From the NCBI GenBank assembly GCA_951406725.2, contig OX597816.1, positions 68,634,001 to 68,698,000 of the forward strand: DNA of 64,000 nt. The letters are read 5' to 3'. Shown piece after piece: positions 25,300-39,056 of the stretch; within the stretch, counting starts at the first letter, position 1; every line of letters begins with the position of its first letter. This DNA comes from Octopus vulgaris (lineage: Eukaryota). The position numbers and the translations under genes were made by a program. Below the pieces are notes generated by a model. The model was given only the letters and a program-made list of their open reading frames with translations. It did no database searches and had not been told where the DNA came from.

Positions 25300-26040
25300 A
25301 CAAAATATTTGCCAAATTACACTGCCACGAACCAGATTACAGAAAATCCATAATTCTTTGATTTTTTTAGTCCTTACCTCTGCAATCGTTATCAGATGCT
25401 TTCCTTCTGGCACCTCTAAAATGTGTTGCAATCGTCCTTTGCATTTTGACACACTGGAATAGATTATCGGATGTCTGAACTGCGCCATACTTCGTTTGCA
25501 TATAATTTCAGTCACGTAACTTCTAAGCGAGAGTTCTCCATTCTAAATACATGGCCAAACCATTTGAATAAGTGTTGATGGAGAACTGTTAAGAGATCAG
25601 TAATATTTGTAACAAACAAGCTACTGATCTCAACAAATACATTAGAGTTTGTGGTAACGGCAGGCCATTAAAACTTCATTATTGAACTGACATATTTTCC
25701 GTCAAAAGTGTCCAGTCCTTGTTCTCTACTGACAGATAACAACCAGATTTCTGATTACTAAACACGTATTCCACTCATACTTGCAAACTATTCAGGCAAT
25801 TTAATTTTTGAATAAATATTCGTTCCCGTATCATGTAGATTTTCACAAGTAGTTCTTGTCTGCAAAATTCTATTTTAATTTCTTCTTTGTTGGAGAACTT
25901 TGAACCGAAATATATAAAGAGAGATTTCACGTAGATCAACGAGACATTGAACAAAATCTGAGATGAGGGCATGTTCAACACTGAATGTTTCTGAGGTGTA
26001 CAATTAAACTAAAATATTCAGCTTCAAGCGTCGGGCTTTT
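25300..26040 (-). pseudogene. RTE-clade LINE ORF2 C-terminal remnant
   Basis: FIYFGSKFSNKEEIKIE and HLFKWFGHVFRMENSRL (RTE L.W.GHV.RM motif). Confidence 0.7.
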
Positions 26041-26059
26041 GATGAAGGTCTGCAGCACG

Positions 26060-26250
26060 GAATTTTGTCAGGGAACAGTTCGCGGTCTCAAAGCGACGAA
26101 AATATTTTGACAAATTTAAATGTTGAAGTGAATCTAACGGATTTTGTGTGTTTCTTAAATGGTTTCTAAACACCTTCCACGCTGCAGTTGTTTTCGTTCC
26201 AGCACACGATCTCAGATCAGGTCACTTGCCAAGCAAGTACATCTCCGTAA
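26060..26250 (+). mobile_element. Second copy of the 11886-12076 Penelope-like repeat
   Basis: High similarity to the reverse complement of 11886-12076; hammerhead-like core mutated (GGGAACA). Confidence 0.7.
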
Positions 26251-26724
26251 TGCAGAAATATTGTATTTTTGGAATTGATCTCGGTATCCACAGTTTCTAT
26301 ATCAAAGAAGCAACTTTGAGTAGGCGGGAGGATTGAGATGGAATTATTTTCAAAAGCGAAGGAAATAACTGTGACTTATGATGTGACCCATTATGTTATT
26401 GAACAAACAATGGTCTCAAAGTGGATCCTTTCCAGAAATCACATCGGTGTTCCAGCACTTAAAAATTACCTTCGTAATTTATAATGATTTTGAAGTTAAG
26501 TAATGGATGTAGTAGGTATCAACACATTGGCTGAGAAGTATTTTCATGACACTTTCATGGAATCTAATTAAAATTCCTGTTATGTCAAGAACACAAACAA
26601 CAGGAAAATTGAGTAATCACTTGATGGCACCACAGTATATATGATCGATACGGCTTCTTCTTTGGAGAAATAAAATTTGATAATCATGAATGGTAAATTA
26701 AAGGATTTTAAAAAATATTTTCTA

Positions 26725-27000
26725 GTTAGTTTTTTTTATGTACATCGGAAGGGTCATTTTGCCAATTATAGACACATGCACAGGTTAATTTTCACTTCAT
26801 TTTTTCGTTAATCGGTTAGCAAATAACAATCTCACTAATCGATTGTTTGCTTAATTATTCGGTTAATCAATAAATCAATCAGTCGATTAGTTAGTTGGTC
26901 AGATTGCTTACCAATTAACGAATGATAAAGAAGTGAAAATGAACCAGTGCACGTGCTTATTATTAGCACAATGAGACTCTCTGAATACAGCAAAACTTAT
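26725..27000. mobile_element. Old foldback/MITE
   Basis: Imperfect inverted arms of about 100 bp (cacatgcacaggttaattttcacttc / gaagtgaaaatgaaccagtgcacgtg). Confidence 0.55.
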
Positions 27001-27527
27001 TTAAATACACGAGTTCCTATTAAAAATCTTGCCAAAAATAAAATAGAAAAACAAAATCGTTCCAAAACACGTATATAAAATGTATTTAAATCGTAACATT
27101 TCAAAGTATACTTAAAACGTACTCCAGAATTTGGTGAAAAATTATATTAACGAAACGAGATAACACAGTAGCTGTTATGCAAGGTGTGAGAAATATTTCA
27201 TGTGAATGGACACACGTAAAACCTTCTCCAAGCATTAGGTGAGATATATTCCTTCCTTTCCTAGGAGTCAATCAATTAGAATTCCGAGTCAGTTGCTGCA
27301 AGTAGTTCCAGGGGAATCTTGCCAGGCTCACATGATTTATATATTCCTACTTTATCTGTAGCATTAGATATTTCTGAAAGTGATGCAGACTCAATTAAGG
27401 GAGGCCATGCAACATCACTAGCTGGTTCACCTTTGCTGGTAAGGTGGCGCTAGATTGAAACAGCGTTCAAAATAAATTTTACATAGAAAACGTGAATTAT
27501 TGAAAATGAGCTCAGAGGTGAAGCATT

Positions 27528-27593
<66 letters not shown>

Positions 27594-27968
27594 GCATACA
27601 TTCTCGCACTGATACACACATATACATACACGCAGGGACATAGCCACACATAACCATAAACGTACACACACACACAAATATATAAAGAGAGAGAGAGACC
27701 GAGACAGGTAGTTATACGCACTAGAGATGTACCTCTCTTTCTCTCAGTGGAAAGCATATTCGTGCATTCAAAAGTGACCACAAACACTCACTTATATACA
27801 AGCATATCCATTCCACGTATAGGTACGCATCAACTCGCATGCATGCATTCACGAATCTTCAGAAGCGTTTTCATTCAAACATAGAACCTATGTCAACACT
27901 TTAAATAACTACCTTGAATCCTAAGTAAAAGGAATTCAAATAAGCCTGCATGAAAGCTCATACATATA

Positions 27969-28410
27969 ACCACTCATCCATCCATCCATCCATCCATCCA
28001 TCCATCCTTCCATCCATCCATCCATTCCATCCATCCATCCTTCCATCCATCCATCCATCCATCCATCCTTCCATCCATCCATCCATCCATCCATCCACCC
28101 CATCAATCCACCCCATCCATCCATCCACCCCATCCATCTACCCTATCCATCCATTCATACATCCATCCATCCATCCACCCCATCCATTAATCCATCCATC
28201 CACCCATCCATCCATCCGTCCATCATCTATCCATCTATCCATCCATTCATCCATCCATCCATCCCCATCCATCCATCCATCCATCCGTCCACCCCATCCA
28301 TCTGTCCACCCATCCATCCATCCATCCATCCATCCACCCATCCATTCATCCATCCATCCATCCCTCCATCCATCCATCCATTTGACCAACCAGCCAACCA
28401 GCCAACCAAC
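27969..28410. repeat. Degenerate (CCAT)n satellite grading into (CCAA/CCAG)n
   Basis: Tetranucleotide array of about 440 bp. Confidence 0.95.
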
Positions 28411-28439
28411 TACTCATCTATGCACACATGGTGGCTTTT

Positions 28440-28648
28440 TCTTTTACTTTTACTTGTTTCAGTCATTTGACTGCGGCCATGCTGGAGCACCGCCTTTAGT
28501 CGAGCAAATCGACCCCAGGACTTATTCCTTGTAAGCCTAGTACTTATTCTATCGGTGTATTTTGCCGAACCGCTAAGTTACGGGGAAGTAAACACAGCAG
28601 CATCAATGTTGTGGGGGACAAACACAGACACACAAACATGCACACACA

Positions 28649-28717
<69 letters not shown>

Positions 28718-28878
28718 TAAATAAGACGGGCTTCTGTCAGTTTCTGTCTACCAAATCCACTCAGATGGCTTTGGTGGGCCCAAGGCTATAGTAGAAGACA
28801 CTTGCCCACGGTGTCACGCAGTGGGACTGAACCCGGAACTATGTGGTTGGTACGCAAGCTACTTACCACACAGCCACT
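28440..28878 (-). mobile_element. SINE family A copy
   Basis: Similar to the other copies; (CA)n centre. Confidence 0.85.
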
Positions 28879-29527
28879 TTTCTCTTTTTGAACGAGTTTG
28901 ATCATTACCTATGATTAGCGATAAAATATAAATCGAAAAATTATCAACAATGTCTTTGCAAAGCTCAGATCGTGAACAATGTCTTTCATAACAGTACAAC
29001 CTGCTCCATGGTCTGGTCGTCGGCGACTGAACTGGAATTCCCCACTTGGCTTTCCTGGTGAGGGGTTTGCTATATACCCAAGAGGACTAAAAACAACACC
29101 TGTTTAAAAGACAGGGGAATCTAGTGCAGGCTCAACGACTATGTAACAATAATTGCAAGGGCTTTCAGAAATTCGCTTTTGTTAAACCACGTCCCTAGAT
29201 CCCGCTTCAAACGCTGTCGGCAGTAACTTGATCAACAAATCCTCTACGATTGTTGATAATCAACGGCAAGATGAGCTGCTACGGATCGCACTATCCTAAA
29301 GCGTTTATGCGTGTGACCGAAGCCCACATGTGAAATTGTATTCCCACCGAAACTCCGAACATTGCCGGAGGCAGCTTAATCCACTTCGAGTGAATGCCGC
29401 CGCGAGAACAAGTCAGTGAATATCACAATTACCGATGAGTTCATCGCCATCAATTCACCTTGAAAGTTCACCGTGGGGAAATTTTAACGAGAACATACAG
29501 TCATAGTATATCACCATTAATAGTTAG

Positions 29528-29912
29528 ACTTTTACTCTTTTACTTGTTTCAGTCATTTGACTGTGGCCATGCTGGAGCACCGTCTTTAGTCGAGCAAATC
29601 GACCCCAGGACTTATTCCTTGTAAGCCTAGTACTTATCCTATCGGTGTCTTTTGCCGAACCGCTAAGATACGTGGACGTAAACACACAAGCATCGGTTGC
29701 CAAGCGATGTTGGGGGGGGGGGACAAACACAGACACACAAACGTATACACACTCACACACACACACACACACATATATATACGACGGGCTTCTTTCAGTT
29801 TCCGTCTACCAAATCCACTCACAAGGCTTTGGTCGGCCCGAGTGCCACGCAGTGGGACTGAACTCGGAACGATTTAGTTCGTAAGCAAGCTACTTACCAC
29901 TCAGCCTCTCCT
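29528..29912 (-). mobile_element. SINE family A copy
   Basis: Similar to the other copies; small deletion in the CORE-like part. Confidence 0.85.
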
Positions 29913-30449
29913 TTTATTGAAACCCGCACCTGCCAAAAACCTGGTGAATTGTTGGCGGTGAACTTATCATGATGAGCATTTAGGCCAGATTTCCTGTATG
30001 AGAATATTTCCTTCCTCCTCATATCTGTTTCGTAAGCTTTGTAGAGGATCATGTACACCATTTTCCCTTCTGACTAAAACGATTCAAGTTTTGTTATCAG
30101 AGTTTATATTAGAATAACCTACTCCAAGGGACAAACTATGAAGTATGATGAATTGTGTCTCACTCCCAGCTGTATTGCAAAGCGCAGGAAACTGACAATG
30201 GAAATTTAACAATAGCCTGGGTAAATGTCTTCGCACTATTCAAATAAAATCTTTACACTTACTGCTTATTTTCCAGTCTGGTTACTAGCAACAATCCTCA
30301 CAAGGTCATTCTGGTTGTGCTTTGATTTAGTTGTTCACAATTCATTTATATAAATATTTGGACACTACCAAATACATACGCCCAGGATATAAACAAGCGT
30401 ATTGGTGTGCATAATTCCTACGTATAGATAGGCGCACAAACAAGCATTT

Positions 30450-30508
<59 letters not shown>

Positions 30509-30539
30509 CAGAGAGAGAGAGGTAAATAGATAATTTAAT

Positions 30540-31123
30540 TAATCTTTTATTTATTTCTTTTATTGAAGAGCATCCATACAGGGGCACCACCTTGAACGGT
30601 TTAACCGAGCAAATCAACCGCAGTACTTTCATTTAAGCCTGGTACTTATTCTCTTGATATCTTTTGCCCGACTGCTACATATCGTCGCGTAAACAAGCCA
30701 ACACCGGTTGACAAACGGTGCTAGTTGGGACAAACACATATATACTCTTTTTAATCTTTTACTTGTTTCAGTCATTTGACTGTGGCCATCCTGGAGCAAA
30801 TAGACCCCAGGACTTAGTCTTTGTAAGCCTAGTATTTATTCTATCGGCGTCTTTTGCCGAAGCGTTAAGTTGCGGGGACGTAAACACACCAGCATCGGTT
30901 GTCAAGCGATGGAGTGGTTGACAAACACACACACACACACACGCACATATACATATATACTACGGGCTTCTTCCAGTTTCCCTCAGCCAAACCCACTCAC
31001 AAGGATTTGGTCGGCCCGAGGCTAAAGTAGAAGACACTTGCCCAAGGTGCCACGCAGTGGGACTGAACCCGGAACCATGTGGTTGGTAAGCAAGCTACTT
31101 ACCACACAGCCACTCCTACGCCT
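30540..31123 (-). mobile_element. SINE family A copy plus an older partial copy
   Basis: Full copy 30745-31123; diverged tail 30540-30735. Confidence 0.8.
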
Positions 31124-31379
31124 GTATATGTATATACATACATATTTTTATATTTTTACTTGTTTCAGCCACTAGACTGCAGCTGCGGTGAGGTACAGCA
31201 GCCATGAAGGGTTTTAATCAAACGAATAAACACTAGTACTTATTTTAAGGTTGATACTTTTGCTGAACCGGTAATCTATCAGGACGAAAACAAACTAACA
31301 CCGTTTGTCAAGCGGTGGTAGCGGACAAACACAATCTAAAAGACATCTACAATTAGATACACACACACCCACACTCATG

Positions 31380-32197
31380 AAGTGTGCGGTGAATAAACTG
31401 TTGTCAAAATTATGCAAAAAGGAAAATAACATTCACGTCCCATTTCAACAGATATATCAACCAAAATTACATAAAAATATCTTGAGATATTAAAGAGAAA
31501 ATTATTCCATAAAATCGCTATTTGCTTCAACCATAACCTACAGACGACTTTCGAATCTTCTACAAATCTTCTGGACGGTGCTCTTGTTTAAGTTGATGAA
31601 TGCTGCCATAATCCTTACCTTCAGTTAATCTTTGGTGTTACAAGTAGTTTTGTTGGTCTCTCGCTCATCTCCGCCCCACACATAATGAAGAGGTTGCAGT
31701 CTGTGGAGTTAGGTGGCCAGATGTTAGGGGTAGTGTGGTCGCAGAAATTGTTGGACAGCCATCTCTGAGTCCTGTTGCCAGGCATAGGATCTTCCAGCAG
31801 CTACCCTCTTGACCCAGGGTAGCACTACCTCCTCGAAGCACTTGACATAGACCTCCATGTTGAGACTGAGGCTGTGTGAGAAGATGGATGGAGGCATAAC
31901 GTCATCATCACTAGTGGTCAATCCAAACACCATGATGTTGACTGGATGTTTAATTTTTATCCATCTCGGTACATGTTCTTAGATTGCACTATCCTCGGAT
32001 TGGCACCAGAACACTCTGAAATGTTGGTATTATGCCGTTTCCAAATTTCAGGTAGAGTGAATTGCGTCATGGTGTTGTTTTGCTCACAAGACGCTCCCCA
32101 AATAACTATACTGTGTAGTCGATAAAATCAAAAACAAGACGCATGCACAAAACTAAATGTCTATAAATGGTGGGCGACAATTTACCCATCGCACCAT
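31380..32197 (-). mobile_element. Deleted Tc1/mariner element of the maT (DD37D) type
   Basis: TIR-like ends gtgcggtgaataaactgt / acaatttacccatcgcac; VVLPWVKRVAAGRSYAWQQDS; same family as 54878-56075. Confidence 0.8.
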
Positions 32198-32617
32198 ATA
32201 TCCATATATATATATATATATATATATATGCGGCGGGCGTCTTTCAGTTTCCTTCTATTGAACCCACTGATAATGTTTTGCTCTATCGGAGTCTATAGTA
32301 GAGGACACATGCCCAAGGTACAACGTAGTGGAATTGAGCCCGGAACCAACGGTGCAGAAAGAAGACGTCCGACCACATAGATAGTATACAAAAAGTAAGT
32401 CTCTCTCTTTATATTTCCAGGCTTTTGAACATTTTTTCGACCAATATATCCCTCTTTATTTGTTCTCTACTTATTATTTATTTACCCATTCTCTTTCTAG
32501 TATTCGCCTTTGATGTCGAATCTACTAACGGTTAAAAAAAAATACTTAACAACGTTCTGTTTATCATTTATGCATTCATCAAAATTTTTATAATGTCTTG
32601 TTGTTGAGATAGGCTAT

Positions 32618-32710
32618 CTTTCTTTCCTGATGAGAAGATTGCATTTTACACCGTTTATTCCTTTGGAATAAAACCAATGTTGCCTTCGAAACATATGTCG
32701 AAAGTAAAAG
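32618..32710 (+). ncRNA. Minimal type I hammerhead ribozyme, same family as 129-223
   Basis: ctttc-CTGATGA(32627-32633)-stem II-GAAAC(32688-32692)-ATAT-GTC-gaaag. Confidence 0.75.
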
Positions 32711-32782
32711 AATTTGAATAGCATCTGCGTTCAACTCCATTTATTTACTTATATATATATATATAATATTTTTATATACATA

Positions 32783-33640
32783 GGTGGTCTGATCAATGAG
32801 TATCCGAACTGTTGCCATGGTAACAACAATAAAGCTTGCAGAGCGAAGCCGTGTGGCACAAATTGACCTTCGCCTCTGCTGTGGATGTACACTAAGTTTT
32901 CATGTACTAGCTCACATCCTCTGTTTACAGCAGTGTTTGGAAGGAACGTGTGTAGCGTGTGATCGTCGCATTGAGCAAGACAAAAAATTGTCATGGTGAT
33001 ACCTGCTCAGAGGCATACACAAAGTTGTAGAAAGTATATAGAGAGGAGTCTATAAATAGCACGCAAGTGAACCAGTGTTTTAGACGTTTCCAAGTGGCCG
33101 AAAACAGTCGATAGTGACGAATGTTCTAGGATACCTGCAACCAGCATAACTGAGAAAAACATCGCAGAGAAGAGGAATCGTCGAATTATCAGAGGATGGG
33201 CAAATTAATTACGGTTTAGTTTAGTACATTATCACTGAAGATTAGGGTATGAGACACGTGTCTGCCAAGTTTGTGCCAAAACAGCTTCCAGCTGACCAAA
33301 AACACACTTGGGTTTCATTTGCACAAGATCTCCCTGATTGTGTAGAGAAAGAGGAAAAGTTTTTGGAAATTTTGCGTTGACCTCTCTGCAAGAATTGTCA
33401 AGCTTTTGGCAAAATGTGATGCAGATTCTCTGCTTAAATTTCTCCGTCATGGTCAATGCGACGATCACACCTTACGTTACTTCCAAGCATTGCTGTAAAT
33501 AGTGGAGGTGACCTAGAATATTAAAACTTAATGCACATGTACAACAGTGTTCAAGGTTAATCTGTGCCAAGAGGATTCACTCTGCATGCTTTAGTTTCGT
33601 TACTATGACAACAGTCCAGATACTTTTTGATCAGACCCCG
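32783..33640. mobile_element. Non-autonomous mariner built from two inverted 5' ends
   Basis: Inverted arms of about 200 bp; transposase N-terminal remnants on both strands (MTEKFKQRICITFCQKL on minus; GDTCSEAYTKL...AKFVPKQL on plus); TA flanks. Confidence 0.75.
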
Positions 33641-33905
33641 TATGTTTGTGTGTGTATATATATATATAACTTTAAATTACGATGAACGTAAACAAACAAA
33701 CGAAGTTTGCTTTAGAACCGTTGAGATGTCTTAGAAAGTTAAAGAAGTGAGTTTTCTCAAATGTAGGGTAATGCTAATAATATAGCCTGAACAGGATAAG
33801 CTACCCCTATTTTGCAGAAAAAAGTGTTGGTGGCTGGCTATAAGACTCGAACTCACACCTCCGTGATTGCGGCCGCCAACACTTTTTTCTGCAAAATAGG
33901 AGTAA

Positions 33906-33939
<34 letters not shown>

Positions 33940-36443
33940 GTTTAATTAATGTCGGAATAGTTGGCGGGGTGTACTGCAACATGTGTATATGGTTGATCTC
34001 AGATGACTGTATGCATGTGTTTAACAATTAACACATAAAAGGCTTCAACAATCACTGTAGGAATGCTATGTAAAAAAAATTATTTCGTTGTGCTTTACTT
34101 CCAGGCAGACTCTGATCACGCAGCCTTCTGATCGAAATAGCTGCAATCGTATTATACTCAGGTTTTTTTTTTCGGACAACATTATCCAATCTTTCCAAAG
34201 ATAGTAACGTCAGCTTTCTCTGTTGTTCGTATCGAAACGAAAAATGAGGTGGTAGAGCGCTCATTGTCTGGATGTCTAACTTGTTGGTTAAACAGGTTAA
34301 TGATAACATTTCGCTCGTCGTCATCCTGTGATTCTCATATCGTTTGTTTATGAAGAGGGCCTCGAAGAAAATCTGTGATTATTTGAGGTCTTCTTCGTGT
34401 CGTACACTTTGCAAGACATTTGGATACAATTTGAGGAATGTTTTAACTACTTTTGCTAGCAGGTGAAGCGATCACCGAGAGGTTGCTTCGTTCATTCAAT
34501 GACTATGTTTTTTGTTATCTCAAAATGTTAAATGGGTTTGGAAAATTGTAATAAAACAAAACTGACAAATACTGAAAAATGTGTTTAGCTATGAAAATAT
34601 TTTTAGCTGTTTTATTGACTGGAAGGATAGTGTGTGTTTAAAATAAATGGTAACCCTCCCACCTTTAAACACTCATTTTTAAAAATACATATTTTAATCC
34701 TGACACTTTGAAAGAAGCAAATATCTTTTTATTCCGATAGCTGCATGTATCCGACTTAAAAAAAACAATGAAGAAGATAATGAACCATATTCTGTTTAAG
34801 AAGTAAAGATAGAAAAAAATAACGGGAACAAGAGTTGAAGGTAATGTTTTAGCATCTCTTAGAGAAGACAAAATTTAACATGCTTTTCTTCTTTTATTTT
34901 GCCAAATTAAATTAAATTGAACATTCTCGAAGTTTACACCATTATCTCTGATCGATATTTTCATAATGACACAACATTAATTTCATTTCGAGGACCCATT
35001 TGTTAGGAAACCATTTCTCTGTAAATTCCCGACGAAGGGGATTTCTGTTAGCATTTCGTTGACACATCGCACCAGCATGGCATTTTTCTAAGAGGTCTCA
35101 TATTATGTCAATGCCTGTTTCTCATGATGCTGATGAGAATAAGAAGAATATAAAGGAAATCACAAAAAAAGCTTAAGAAAAAGAGCGAAAACGCCGAATA
35201 TTTTTTCCATGTAATTTAATTTGTCAACAGGAATAATGTTTCTGCGGATGAATAAAAAACATAACCCTGAACAGAAAGAAGAATTTTAGAAATTACGAGA
35301 AGTGCATAAACACAAATATTAAAATGTCATGGAAGGCGAGGAGAAAAAGTAAGAAAAAGAGTAAATATAACGAAAATGTATTCAAACCATATATAAATTG
35401 AATTTAAAAGTAATATCACTTTTTGAATAGTTCGTCGTAGAAAGTGCAGTTCGTCGTATGTGCCTTAGTCAGAATGTGTATTTGAGTGTGTGTGTGTGTG
35501 TGTGGGGGGATAACCTCTCCCGCTAATATGTATATACAGTATTTGGGCCGCAATATGAGAATAGAGAGTTCACTGTATGTGCCTTAAGAGTAATGAAAAT
35601 CATCTTAAATAAATATACATGACAGTGCTTGCTTACTAATTAGCGTAAAAATACAGAATTCATTAGATTATTAATGATTTGGGGATATCAGACCCGCGAA
35701 AAACCAGTCAGGTTTCTGTTTACATATTTAATTAGTAGCAAAAAACTAGAAATGTGTTTAAGAAGTAATAATGGTTTCAAATTGTGGCACAAGGAAACCA
35801 AGGAAACCAGTATTTTGAGGGGAGGTGGGAGTTGTTTACATTGACCCCAGTTCTTGGCGGACAAGATGCTGGCAAGCATTTTGATCGGCGTGCTAATGAG
35901 TTTGTAAGATAACCGTCTTGGTTTAGGGGGAAAAAACCCTTTGGTACTATCGAAGTACCACTAAAAGATATTGAAACAGCACAAATGCTCTCAGTTAAAT
36001 TTTAGAAACGGAGGACGTTGTATTAATTCCAATATATATGGGATTGAGGACGTCAAAGATACGTATACTAAGGGCCCCGTCTCAAATCGACCCTATGTGG
36101 TTGATGGCGACAGTCCTGGCAAAAAAGGAAGATAATATAACTCTCCTTCAATCTACCGTCACAGAAAAGACTTATTGGACAGGTCAAACGGTTCAACTCC
36201 TAATACAAGCAGAATAGTTAATTTTAGAACAGTTACTGGAGAAAATAGAAATTGGGGAGGAATTCCTTAAAGTATTCGCTGAGGGGCGTAAGCCCCGATG
36301 TTTCCCGTGTGGCTAGCAGGGCCATATAATTGGAGTGGATAGTATACTTTTGGGGTAGTTGTTGCTTAACAGATCGTTATTGAGCTTGATCATTTCTTCG
36401 TGGTATGCATCACAATCAGATGATAGTAACTGAAGTTTATGTA

Positions 36444-36992
36444 CAGGGGTTGGACAAAATAATGGAAACACCTTAAAATTTCAAACAAATTGAATTCTAC
36501 GAGGTATGGACTCGTGCAGAGTTTTGAATTGTTTTCAAAGGAATTTTGTCCATTCTTCAGCTCAAACAATCTCCAGTTCTTTTAGTGATGATGGTGGCGG
36601 ATATGAACTTCTTCCTTCTGCAAGTTTTGGTGTTCTTCCGCAGTTTTGTTTCGACGAAGAGGTTTTTCCCTCTTTCTCAAAGGCTGTCATACTTTCGAGA
36701 CAGTACTTCTTGATACACCAAGCATTTCGGCTGTTTTCGTTACGCTAGCGCCTGCCATACAAGCACCAACAATTTGACCTCTTTGAAAGTCCGACAGATC
36801 TGTCATTTTTATGAAGTTTTATTTCCTTCTGATGATACCTGAAAAGAAACCGCAATTTTAGCAAGACATATTAAGCAACACCAACAATAAATAAAAAATA
36901 AATAAAGATAAACACATTTTGACGGTTTTGTAGATACTTCAATATGATGATGCAACATTACTAGGTGTTTCCATTATTTTGTCCAACCCATG
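36444..36992 (-). mobile_element. Internally deleted Tc1 transposon
   Basis: 30-bp TIRs caggggttggacaaaataatggaaacacct; minus-strand MTDLSDFQRGQIVGACMAGASVTKTAEMLGVSRSTVSK (ATG at 36806) joined to C-terminal EEWTK..HESIPRRIQ. Confidence 0.9.
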
Positions 36993-37285
36993 AATATACA
37001 TATTCCTTTAATCGTTCTTATTCTAGCGCCTCCGCCATTCTGGAGCCCTCTTACGATTTCTTTTTTCACAACGTCTCAATTGCTAAATTATCGAAGCGGT
37101 GACTCATCTAATTAATAAACAGGCTTGGTGTCTTTCGCTATTTATTGGGATAACTTATATTATGCAGCTGTTACATATTTCAGAAAGACAAGTAATGAAC
37201 TGTTTACACGGCTGTACACAGATCCCACAGTTAAGGCCTCACTAGAAATCATTATTTTTTGTGATTTTAAAGTTAAACTTCTCTT

Positions 37286-37353
<68 letters not shown>

Positions 37354-37744
37354 CTAGAACAAATACATCAATTTTTCTATGCCGCAATTTAACATATCTA
37401 CATATTCGCAGCATTGAGATGTTATATTATCTAGTAGATTACGTTCTTATACCATCCAGATCTGAACCAGTCATTATTCGCAGCCGAAAATGTCTTTGTA
37501 ATGTACCGTGCGTTCGCTAATTGCGTTATGTGCTCTTGAAGACACGTAGATGACCTGTCAGTACTGCGCGTCCACTAATTGTTTTGGGTGCCTCTGTAGA
37601 CACAAATAAACGAAGATGCTTTCTGAGACAACTGTGCGTTTAATGAACCATACACGATGAAGGTTATTTTATTTATCGATCAAGAAAGTAGCTTTAACCC
37701 CAGCGAAATTTGTGCTCATAGCATAGAGAGCAATAACAAATATC

Positions 37745-37978
37745 TATTTCTTTACTACCCACAAGGGGCTAAACAGAGAGGGGACAAACAAGGACAGACA
37801 AACGGATTAAGTCGATTATATCGACCCCGGTGCGTAACTGGTACTTATTTAATCGACCACGAAAGGATGAAAGGCAAAGTCGACCTCGGCAGAATTTGAA
37901 CTCAGAACGTAGCGGCAGACAAAATACCGCAAAGCATTTCGCCCGGCGTGCTAACGTTTCTGCCAGCTCTCCGCCTTA
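37745..37978 (-). mobile_element. Family B SINE monomer
   Basis: Near-consensus copy; flanking repeat caataaca(a/c)atatc. Confidence 0.85.
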
Positions 37979-38640
37979 AACAATAACACATATCGTAAGG
38001 TATCTCATCCAACGCTGTTACCACGCTGCCAATCGACTACCTAGCTTAGAGCTATACAATAAATATTGTTTTATAAAACGAGTTTAACATTGATTTATAG
38101 TTTATTTTTTCCCCGAGTATATAGAGACATTTTTGTAAACAAAGAAATGGAATTTTTCTTGTAGAAATATGTATTTTTTTTTATCATTGAAATATGTTTT
38201 CATATTTTATTTTACTTAAAATGAATAATTTTGGTAATATTTATATTTGTAGCTATTTTGAGTGATCAATATTTGCACAGCATGGCTATAATGATCCATA
38301 AAACCACATACGTCATCCAACATGAATAATACAACTTCAAATTTTTGTGCCGTCAGTCCTTACCTTCAATCGTTCGTAAATCTGCTCAGGGTTTGGGGAA
38401 TATCTTTTACAAACATTTCTCTTTACTATAGCCAGGAGGCCTGAAATTAGGGAAAAGGCTTGACGATTATATCCACCCCAGTGCTCAACTGTTACTTATT
38501 TTTATCGGCCTTAAGTCGATGTCGGCGGAATTTTAACTCAGAAATGGAGACAGAAGGAATGATACGAAGCCTTTTCTTCGGAGTGTTAACAATTTTACCC
38601 GCTCACCACCCTCTCTGGTAGAAAAGTATTAGACGTCTAT

Positions 38641-39056
38641 AAGGTGGCAAGCTAGCAGAAACGTTAGCACGCCGGGCGAAATGCGTAGCCGTATTTCGTC
38701 TGCCGTTACGCTCTGAGTTCAAATTCCGCCGAAGTTGACTGTGTCTTTCATCTTTCCGGGCTCGATTAAATAAGTACCAGTTACGCACTGGGGTCCTTAT
38801 AATCGACTTAATCCGTTTGTCTGTCCTTGTTTGTCTTCTCTGTGTGTAGCTCCTTGTGGGTAATAAAGAAAGAGGTCTTTCGTCTGCCGCTACGTTCTGA
38901 GTTCAATTTCCGCCGAAAAGGCTTTGCCTTTCATCCTTTCGGGGTCGATTAAATAAGTACCAGTTACGCACTGGGGTCGATGTAATCGACTTAATCCGTT
39001 TGTCTGTCCTTGTTTGTCCTCTCTGTGCTTAGCCCCTTGTGGGCAATAAAGAAATA
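38641..39056 (+). mobile_element. Family B SINE dimer with a 21-bp TSD
   Basis: agaaaagtattagacgtctat at 38620-38640 and 39057-39077. Confidence 0.9.

Noticed and set aside
27362-27438. Possible 77-nt exon LDISESDADSIKGGHATSLAGSPLL with AG/GTAAGG
   Set aside because: Splice signals are plausible, but there is no homology or phase-compatible neighbour
37184-37229. Possible small exon (R)KTSNELFTRLYTDPT after tttcAG
   Set aside because: Weak GTTAAG donor, and its phase does not join the 39543 exon frame
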